From Monocercomonoides exilis PA203 (Eukaryota > Protista > Preaxostyla), in assembly GCA_001643675.2 (NCBI GenBank), contig LSRY02000018.1, positions 372,001-436,000 of the forward strand: a stretch of 64,000 nt of DNA, in the 5' to 3' direction. Every line of letters begins with the position of its first letter. Positions within the stretch are counted from its first letter, which is position 1. Below, piece after piece: positions 56,301 through 64,000 of the stretch. The notes beneath the pieces were generated by a model that searched no databases, was not told where the DNA came from, and was given only the letters and a program-made list of their open reading frames with translations. Made by a program: the position numbers and the translations under genes.

Positions 56301-58306
56301 CTCTTTATCTTCTTCTTCAGCTTCCTTCTTCGCCAATTAATTTGGAATTGCTCAAAAATGGATGAAACGAAAGAAATATGTTCAGAGTTAAGGAAAGATT
56401 TAAATAGATTATTGTTATTATCGTTATCGTTATTATTATTGTCTTCTTCTTCTTCTTCATTTTCAAAATCTTCTTCTTCTTCTTCTTTCTCCTTCTCCTT
56501 CTTCTCCTTCTCTTTCTCCTTCTTCCTCCCCCTTCTTCTTCTTCTTCTTCCTTCTCCTCTCAATCTCTCCATCTGCTCCTCTTCAAACACTCTTCCTTCT
56601 GTCGAAAAAGGGAAAAATCGAGAAGCAATAGAAAGATGCCTGTGACAATTACAGTTGATTTGATTGAAATGAGAAGAAGAAAGAGATTTAGGTGATTTTA
56701 TTGACTTTATTGACTTTATTGAATTAATTGGTTTGATAGAGAGATGTGAAGGGAAGGAGGGTTTGTTTGAAGAAGAAAGAAGAGGAGAAGGAGAAGGAGA
56801 AGGAGAAGGAGAAGGAGAAGGAGAAGGAGAAGAAGGAGAAGAAGAAGGAGGTGAAGGTAAACAAGGAGGTGAAGATGTGGAAGAAGAAGAAGAAGAAGAA
56901 ACCTGATCAAAATCATCCAATTTCATCTTTTCCATCTCATTTTCTGCTTTTTCACTGGAGAAATGAACGAAAACAAGCCTTCCAACTACAATTGAAGGGA
57001 TTAGTAAGCCATTCAACACAAATAGAGCGAAAAAAGAGGCAAAAAACGGAAGCGAAATGGCATCAGAGAGAAAGGAAATGAGTGTTTCTGATAAAACTGC
57101 ACAGAAAATAGACAGGGAAATGATGCAATTTGATAGAAAATGGAGGGAAGAGGAAGAGGAAGAAGAAGAAGAAGAATGATGAAGAGAGATCAAAATAACT
57201 GAACATGCCAAAACAAAATATGAAGAACAGAAGCAGATGGCGAAAATAGCATTGAGAAGACAATCTGATGAGTGATTGAATGAAGAGGATGATTTGTATG
57301 ACGCCCACAAATGATAAGCAAAGCCCGCAAGAAAACACGAGGCAGCAGCGCAAATGAGCAAGCAGTGTGTGCTGATAAAGTCTAATTTCTGGGTAATGCA
57401 GAAAGATGCGGTTGAAATTTCTGAATGGCTATTTCGATTTTGGTTTAATTGTGATTCATTTGCTTCTGGCTTGCTAGCAGAGTTAGCAGCAAACGCCGAA
57501 CTTTCCAGCAAACATCCAATTGAATACACACAGGATAGAAAATTGGCATATGTCAGATCTCCAAAGAATTTAATAATAATTGCGTTTGTAGCGATTGAAT
57601 TCAAAAATAAACAGCTTGCAACATGCCACGCAAAAGCATAAGAGGAATAAATAATAAATAAACTTCGCTTGACGAAAAGTGCTATTTTTCCTTTACTTTT
57701 TCGAAAGAAGAATACACCAACAAGTGCACACGATCCAGTAATTATTGACAAGTAAAACATGATTCCAAATGCTTTTCCCCAAAAGATATTTAAAAAGCAA
57801 GCAGAAACGTTGAGTAAAGCCCCAAAGACTGAAAGTTGACTACAATAATTGGGCATGCGCTTTTCAGTTCTGCTGTCAGTTGGAAAAGCTGCAGAGAGTT
57901 GTTCCTTTTTCACACCAGAATTAAAGTATTTATAAGATCTACGAGAAAAGATAACAAAACCACAAATTTCAACTAAACATATAAATATAAATGAGAACGA
58001 GAAAATGGCAGTAATAATAAATGGAACATCAAATGAAACTAGAATGTTGAGTTCGGAAATTTTTGACGAAATTGATAAGGGAAAGAGCAATAGACTGGAA
58101 CACACAAATAATTTTGATACATTATTTGAAAAACAAACAGAAGCAATGATAATGAAAGACAACATAATGTCAACAAAGAGCGTAAAAAGACACTCATAAA
58201 ATACATATTTTCTAAAATGAAAAAACAAAAAAGCAGATAGTCCTATTGATATAACGTTCAAGATTATGAACAAAAAATATTTGCACCAAATGAAATTTTT
58301 TTTCAT
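53387..58306 (-). CDS. Hypothetical multi-pass membrane protein with a ~1000-aa low-complexity loop
   Basis: 1639-aa ATG-initiated ORF; many hydrophobic helices in the first ~450 aa and last ~90 aa. Confidence 0.75.
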   Translation of the reverse strand: MKKNFIWCKYFLFIILNVISIGLSAFLFFHFRKYVFYECLFTLFVDIMLSFIIIASVCFSNNVSKLFVCSSLLLFPLSISSKISELNILVSFDVPFIITAIFSFSFIFICLVEICGFVIFSRRSYKYFNSGVKKEQLSAAFPTDSRTEKRMPNYCSQLSVFGALLNVSACFLNIFWGKAFGIMFYLSIITGSCALVGVFFFRKSKGKIALFVKRSLFIIYSSYAFAWHVASCLFLNSIATNAIIIKFFGDLTYANFLSCVYSIGCLLESSAFAANSASKPEANESQLNQNRNSHSEISTASFCITQKLDFISTHCLLICAAASCFLAGFAYHLWASYKSSSSFNHSSDCLLNAIFAICFCSSYFVLACSVILISLHHSSSSSSSSSSLHFLSNCIISLSIFCAVLSETLISFLSDAISLPFFASFFALFVLNGLLIPSIVVGRLVFVHFSSEKAENEMEKMKLDDFDQVSSSSSSSTSSPPCLPSPPSSSPSSPSPSPSPSPSPSPSPLLSSSNKPSFPSHLSIKPINSIKSIKSIKSPKSLSSSHFNQINCNCHRHLSIASRFFPFSTEGRVFEEEQMERLRGEGRRRRRRGRKKEKEKEKKEKEKEEEEEDFENEEEEEDNNNNDNDNNNNLFKSFLNSEHISFVSSIFEQFQINWRRRKLKKKIKRREREEEELRKLNLLPPLASPLPYLEGGREGGREREGREREGREREGREREGREREGREREGREREGREREGREREGREREGREREGREREGREREGREREGREREREREREREREREREREGRERRERRERREGREMERERNRGRSNEINENNENNENNKNNEEYANKGYIRYSKFDIFKISYLYNKFIKNLKNLKNNKNNKTKEYSIFSKFNGRKERERERERERGNKMLSNGDIVCFTPNPINGPFSYSSLSSSSSSSSSSSSSSSSSSSSSSSSSSSSSSSSLSSSSSSSLSPSPSSSPLNSNDVALPPPSPLPSSSSLNSSPPSNFPFLHSNLPSRVFSSSPSFSPSFFWASPLPSSSSVNSSSSSAAAAYNNNNNNSSNSSFSPPPPPSSSSSYFPFSSSDPSTDLVLTQFKSTIQSLSPSSSSLSSSSFSSSSSSAIYPSSSTPSLSPSSIYPPPPLPSSPSPSISSPSSLSSHPSSLLSPNPSSLSQPVPSSPFFHKEYNDPFVIVEDNNNNNSNNNNASNANHPCSSNSSNPEDVKFHCIISNNNNSNSNIIDSKPHSFVPHPFLILPTTPVYTPSPPLSSPPPLPSPSPVSSFLPISPVASISPISPISPVSPVSPVSAVADVKSGDNESIQSAYQSTLPFNSSSSSSSLSPSTIYPSSSSSSSSSSSFVLVDNSHRIPVFSPQLGFSPHSVYSPPFVHSSEDDNRKCNEKCNENFNRNFDDRKINGKYSEKNNRNINGELNDRENDTCGNENMALEKMDEGVEKNDDGDDDDCEMKKKTKEKRGKVEKEMEKKEKKKNDLDANGDRMKQMNLNRENNESEATKSKNRIFSQKPHKNNKIMHFSSFPGFAFRNHLPSFVVILSLLLVCLISFLSVYLRSLYENAFFIEFFAFLSVILLFSLFLSEFALSFVGVPISSFSFGCYSVFVVQLSIFVISFFVSPFSLLLVLPFSLFMVFSFLLL
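55986..56210. repeat. Coding minisatellite, 15 x 15 bp (TCTCTTTCTCTTCCT) encoding (REREG)n
   Basis: Perfect tandem array next to a (TCTTTC)n RE tract. Confidence 0.93.
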
Positions 58307-58505
58307 TCATTAAAACAGAACAGATCAACGCAAGATTTTTCATTCCAGCACTTTTCACGAATTTTAATATTTTTATTATGGCTAAAAATTCCCAATCAAA
58401 ATAATTTCATTGTTTTGCTTCATAAGAAGGAATTTTTTAAGAAACAATTCCGTTCATCAATAAAAATTCTTTCCCATTAATTTAGAATAACCGTTTTTTA
58501 ACATT

Positions 58506-60420
58506 ATGGAAGTTCTTTCTCCCCTTCCAATCGGATCAATTGTTCTAAAATGTGAAATGCCAAATGACATCATTACTAGAATGTCATCTATTCAGTTTTG
58601 TGCTTCATCTTTTGCTATTTTGTAGTATTGACTTTTTAATGTTTTTATTAACTAGAGCTGGGATGTCTGTAAGTATTCCTTCTTCAACACAAGCAAAACT
58701 TGCAAAGTTAGATATCCAAACAGCAAAACTTGTTCCTGAGGCAATAAAATTGTCAGAGGACACAGTCCAACAATGTATTTTTTTGTTGAAATCTTTTTTT
58801 AATTTTTTGAACGGTTTTTAAATTTGACAGCGCACAATCTCTTGGCTGAATCAATTCGAAATCAGGAGCAATCACTTGCAAAAATTGAAGATGAAGCTCA
58901 TTCAGTTGATGCTGTATGCAAATAAAATACTTTTGTAAAAGATTGTGTAATGCTAAAACAATTTTACTCAGATAAAAGAAGAAGCTGAAGTTATGATAGA
59001 AATGCTCCAGGGCATTAAAGAAAAAGCCAAGCAATTGATAGATCCTTTGGTTACAAAAGATTATTACACTTTTCGCACTTTAAAAGTGTGCAACATTTTA
59101 AAAAGACACGAAATTCTATTTTATACAAATACACAATTAAAATGTATTTAGAATATCGTTACTATTTTGTTTGAAGCTCAAGTTGGTGAATCTGGCGATA
59201 TGTTATCATTCGATAATCTTGATGACTACATGAATAATTTATCTTCGTTAGAATCAGTGAAGCCCATGCTCGTTCCAGGACAAAGATTTCCTGTCGGAAG
59301 GCATGGAGAGAAACTGAAGAAAGGGGAAAAAACAGCGAATTCAGAAGAAGAAGAAGAAGAGCAAGAGCAAGAGCAAGATAACGCTGCTGAAGAGGAAGAA
59401 AAAGAAGACGAGGAAGAAGAAGAAGAAAGTGCTGCCTTGAAGGCACAAAGAGAAGCAGAAGAATACGCAAAAAAGACTCCTCTAGAGGTGTGCATTCAAT
59501 AGTTCAATATATATGTGATTGTTGATGAAATCCAATTATTTATAAAATTATATATATCAAAATAATAAATAAATAATATTTTTTCTCATTTTATTTTAAA
59601 ACAGATTCTACAGCCATATGATTTGGAAAACAAAAACGGACTCACAATCGACGAGTTGTGGAAAGGATTGAAAGAGAACTATTTCAATTTTCACATACAA
59701 CCCTTGCTGATTAATGAAGAGGAGGTTTGATAATTTCTGAATTCCCCCACCCCACCCCTTTTTTTTTTTTTTAGAAGATCGTTTATTTTTTATTTTTATT
59801 TTTATTTTATTTTATTTTATTTTTTTCCTTCACAAATCCATATCTATATTAATATAAACATTAACCTTTCTATTTTTCAATGAAACGCATCGCCATCTGC
59901 TTATTCCTAGTTGTATGCATCACTGACAGCACACATCAAAGAAATGGAAGAAACTCTTCATCCACCCAAAAAGCCGAAGTCTCTTCTCAAACGAGTGAAA
60001 AAGCCGAAATCACCAAAGGACAGGAAAAAGAAGAGAGATGGCGAGGGAAACGAGGCTGAAGAAGGCGGAGAAGAAGGCGAAGAGGAAGGCGAAGAGGCGG
60101 AGGAAGCAGAAGAGGCAGAGGAAGGCGAAGAGGAAAATGAAGATGATTATGAATGGGTGCCAATTCAAGAAGGGGAAGAGGAAGAAGGGAGAGAAGAAGA
60201 TGACGAGGAAGAGGAAGAGGAAGAAGGAGAGGAAGGACGAAGAAGAAGATTTGATCCAGAGAAGATGGTTGGGCTGATCCAAGATGTGGTGGATTTGATA
60301 GATGGACTACGCTTGGGAATACTTCTTGATGAAAAATTAGTTCATCCTTCGGAAGAAGAAGAAGAAGGAGAAGAGCAGGGAGAAGAGCAAGGAGAGGAAG
60401 CAGGGGAAGAAGAAATTTAG
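58506..60420 (+). CDS. Multi-exon acidic hypothetical protein, possible degenerate EF-hand
   Basis: Coding-like exons separated by GT-AG AT-rich introns (MEVLSPLPIG..., AGMSVSIPSST..., EAQVGESGD..., ILQPYDLENKNGLTIDEL..., LYASLTAH...). Confidence 0.6.
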
Positions 60421-60660
60421 AAAAAATTAAATCTTTTTTTTCTTTTTTTGTTGTTCAAAATAATACATTAACACATGTTATTTTTTTTAAAAATTATATT
60501 TATCAAACAAAAGATTAAGCATCTGAAAGATGAATTTATTTGAATTGTTCAATCAATCTCCAATTTCAATAGCAAAATAAATTTTCACACAGCATACTTT
60601 TATTAACTTGTGTTATAATTTTCTTTTCTAATCTAAATGATGAATCAAAAAACAAAAACA

Positions 60661-60733
60661 TGGAGAATCCAGGTTTCGATCCCGGTGCCTCACGCATGCA
60701 AAGCGCGCGATCTACCAATTGATCTAATTCCCC
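60661..60733 (-). tRNA. tRNA-Ala: tRNA-Ala (TGC)
   Basis: GGGGAATTAGATCAATTGGTAGATCGCGCGCTTTGCATGCGTGAGGCACCGGGATCGAAACCTGGATTCTCCA folds as a cloverleaf, anticodon TGC, G3:U70 Ala identity pair, T-runs downstream. Confidence 0.96.
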
Positions 60734-60740
60734 TTCACTA

Positions 60741-63078
60741 GAACTTGATTGATTTGACTGAGTCGCGAAAATGTGACTCAGTCAAATCGATTTATGTAAG
60801 GTTTATCGAATTTCTCTATTTTTAATCGAATTTCTCTCAATCTCACATGTTTTCAGAGTCGGAATTATCAATTAAATTTGTTTTGAGTGTTGTGATCTTA
60901 ACTTTTTTTGTTTTGTTTATTTCTTCACCAATGTTTTTAGTTGTGTTTTAGAATTTGGTTTGTGTGTTTATTAGATATTATAAAAGCCATTTTTGATCAG
61001 TTTTTACACTTTTATCTATTTTTCATACTATGTATTTATATCAAGTTTTTATGTATTTTTTGCAAGGATTACCAACTTTTCCACAAATAAAACAACAGTA
61101 ATAGCATATTTGAATGTATTATTTAATATTTGCATATACGTGTTTGTTTAAATGTTCATTTTCATTCATTTCATATTTTCATTTTTTATTTTAAGCTTTA
61201 AAGAGTTAAAAACAATTTTCAATCAAAATTTTTAATATTTTTATGTATGTTTAATAATAACAAAAACAAATATTATCTAAAACATCAAAAGTGTATTGTG
61301 ATTATAAAAAAAGGTGATGAAGGTGAATGTTTATATAAAAAAATAAGAAAAAACTCATTTTTTATTTGCTAAAAGAGATTGTAAAGGCGATTCACTTACT
61401 CTTTTTCTTTTCTCATCAGATGATGAACATGAAGAAGAAGGAAAAGTTGAAGAAGAAGATTGTTGAAGAAGGCGAAGACTTTTCCATTGGTTCGGAATGA
61501 ACCATGTGCCAACAACATTATTTCTTTCATCTTCTATTTCATCATTTTCACTATTCAACATAATAATTTCATTCCTTTTTTCTTTTTCTTCAATAGAAAT
61601 TTTCTTTTTCTTTTCCTTTTCTTCTTTTTCTTCTTCTTTCTCTTCTTTTTCACTATTTTGGGTTTGTTGGTCATCAGAATCACCTAAAAAAGATAGTTAT
61701 GGTTATTGAAATATGAAAAAGAAGAAATAAAACGTTATAAAGAATAATATGGGTAAAAAATAAAAATTCACGCCAGCTTCTTCTGCAAGCAGAACTGTAA
61801 TTCTAGAAGTTGGAGAGGCCTCTGGGTTGAGTCTATTTTTAAGTTTAGCCCGATATCTATCGTTGACAAGTCTCCTTGCTTCTGTTTTTCTTGTTGTAAT
61901 TAGGTATAGTTCATTGATGAACCTCTGATTGGCTTCGCAGTCAAGTCCAGTTAATGGGTTGTGAAGGATGTGGAAGTTTGTCAATGCGCATGTAACAATG
62001 AAATAGTCAGCAATCTTTTCGACCTGAAATGGCCAATTGTGGCGAAAGACAGCGAAGAGAGTCTTCAAACGACCAAAATAACGCTCGACTATGACTCGCC
62101 GCGATGCCAGCTGAGGAGTTCCGACAGGTTTCGTAATATATGCATCCAAATCAGCCCTCGCCCCGATGTATGCCGAGTCCGCAAGCACCTTTGAGCCCCC
62201 AAGCTGCGCCTTAAATTGTGGGAAATGCTCCTTGAAGATAGAAAAGTCGTGTGTTGAGCCGGTGTGAATGGAACTGACAGTACTGGCTGTTCCGGTGCGC
62301 GGGTTTACACCAACTTCAGCCTTTACGCAGTATATATGATGTTTCCCGCTGTAGAATTTTGTTCCAAACTGCAAGCTTCCAGCTGGTCTGTTGATTGGAA
62401 GAACTGTGCAGTCAACCACAACACCCACATCTCTCATATCATCCGATCTATCTGGTCGAAATGTGATGAACAAATCGATCAGATTGACTTTTATATTTTG
62501 AACAATGCTGTGAAGTAGTTTTATTGTTGAATTTTGTGTTTCATAAAAAGAAGAAACGAGAAAATGAGTGAAGGATGTTGATCCAAGATGCAAAAAATTC
62601 AAAAGAAGAAAGAGTTGATCCTCAAATTTTTCAATTGTTTTTTCTTTCCCACGATGAAGAGGGATTTCTTTACTTAATAACTGATAGAGCAAATCAAATT
62701 CAAAACGAGCAAATCCAGTGAGTCGGAAAAATGCATGAGTTTTATCAATTTTCATATATTTGCAAGCAGATTCGATAAGGGATTTTTTTGCAGGTGAAGG
62801 AGTGATGTGCACTGGTGCAGTGATAGCATTTCTCTTTTCCACTCTCTCTAAAATGTCTAAAAAAGTTGATTGTGACATTTTGTGAAAAAAATAGAAACAA
62901 GCAAGTGAAATGACCCTTTAAAGATATTTTTTTTTAAAGTGATCATGACACCCAGAATTGAAAACATCGGATGTGACTGAGTCACATCCAATTTGACTGT
63001 ATCTTAATGGTATTAGATCGATCTTATTGGATGTTGACCGATCTAATGCCACTTGACGCAGTCAAATGAATTAAGTTC
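60741..63078 (-). mobile_element. Apparently intact 2.3-kb PIF/Harbinger-ISL2EU/IS5-type DNA transposon
   Basis: TIR GAACTTGATTGATTTGACTG / CAGTCAAATGAATTAAGTTC, flanked by TA (within CTAG) on both sides; subterminal TGACTGAGTC motifs at both ends; encloses a transposase. Confidence 0.88.
61355..62878 (-). CDS. DDE_Tnp_4-family transposase with HTH-like N-terminus; probable intron ~61684-61771 and charged C-terminal exon
   Basis: FFRLTGF...DQLFLLL, VVVDCT, FYSGKHHIYCVK, GSTHD, VLADSAYIG, RRVIVERYFGRLK; uninterrupted 391-codon frame (61703-62878). Confidence 0.9.
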
Positions 63079-63081
63079 TAG

Positions 63082-63785
63082 TAGTCGGTGTGGAAACCCG
63101 AGCCAGGGAGGAAACCCGAGCCAGTGATCTTTTTTCAAATATTTTTTATTTTTTTCATCGATGAACAATTTGAAAAAAAACGAAATAATTTCACATTTCA
63201 ATACATATGAATATGCTGGTATGCATGTGGTTTTCGTGTTTCTTTTTTGAATGTATCTATGAAAAAAAATTATTTTTGATCATAAATTTTTTTGTGTGAA
63301 AATTTTTACTAATTTTGAAGAAGAAAAATTTTCACAATTTGTCATCATTTTTGTATATTATACACACATACAATTCATTTACGCGTGTTTTCAATTTTCT
63401 TCAGTGGCTGAATGAGAAATGAAAAATTTTCTATGTAATTAATTCGACTTTTCACACAGCCACTGAAGAAAATTGAAAACACGCGTAAATGAATTGTATG
63501 TGTGTATAATATACAAAAATGATGACAAATTGTGAAAATTTTTCTTCTTCAAAATTAGTAAAAATTTTCACACAAAAAAATTTATGATCAAAAATAATTT
63601 TTTTTCATAGATACATTCAAAAAAGAAACACGAAAACCACATGCATACCAGCATATTCATATGTATTGAAATGTGAAATTATTTCGTTTTTTTTCAAATT
63701 GTTCATCGATGAAAAAAATAAAAAATATTTGAAAAAAGATCACTGGCTCGGGTTTCCTCCCTGGCTCGGGTTTCCACCCCAACTA
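63082..63785. mobile_element. 704-bp foldback element
   Basis: TAGTCGGTGTGGAAACCCGAGCCAGGGAGGAAACCCGAGCCAGTG ... near-exact reverse complement ending CCACCCCAACTA; ~329-bp arms, 46-bp loop. Confidence 0.92.
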
Positions 63786-63789
63786 AGTA

Positions 63790-64000
63790 GACCTTAAACG
63801 AATTGAGCGGCTCAATTTGAATTGACAAAGTCAAAACGTTTTTAGTTTGTTTTATTGGTTTTGACTCAATCAATTCGGTTTTCCCTCAATCTTTTTTGTG
63901 ATCAAAAAATCAAAAATTATGTATCAATTTTGATCATAACTATTTGATGTTTTTTCTATTTTCGGTTTGAAAACAGCTTGTTTTCAGTTATTTTTAAATA
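63790..64000. mobile_element. Probable left end of a second element related to 60741-63078, truncated by the window
   Basis: TA|GACCTTAAACGAATTGAGC resembles TA|GAACTTGATTGATTTGACT, followed by a subterminal hairpin (AATTGAGC-G-GCTCAATT) and T-rich sequence. Confidence 0.5.

Noticed and set aside
60661-63078. Dada-type or tRNA-integrating element, or tRNA-derived SINE
   Set aside because: The tRNA is uninterrupted and not duplicated, the element has TIRs and a DDE_Tnp_4 transposase, and the tRNA lies outside the TIR.

Overview
AT-rich eukaryotic genomic DNA with short spliceosomal introns and the standard genetic code (TAA, TAG and TGA all end conserved genes). Gene families and composition resemble the oxymonad Monocercomonoides (recognition, not a search result). 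Protein genes: two giant (~2,700 aa) single-pass Cys/Gly-rich surface proteins ending in a degenerate tyrosine-kinase-like domain, a housekeeping block (FKBP, RPS5, DNAAF6/PIH1D3, a TLC/LAG1 protein, a caprin-like protein, PSMA7), several low-complexity hypothetical genes and pseudogenes. One tRNA-Ala(TGC). Most unexplained structure is DNA-transposon related: six ~255-bp GGG...CCC MITEs with 4-bp TSDs; two copies of a 610-bp GG...CC element with 8-bp TSDs, one of which holds two nested insertions including a 3.3-kb element carrying a host-gene fragment; three near-perfect foldback palindromes; a dead pogo-like transposase; and an apparently intact DDE_Tnp_4 transposon. The best candidate for an undescribed system is that transposon: it sits 7 bp upstream of the tRNA and is followed by two more elements inserted within about 8 bp of original target DNA, suggesting DNA-transposon targeting of tRNA (Pol III) upstream regions. 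All coordinates and identities were read by eye.
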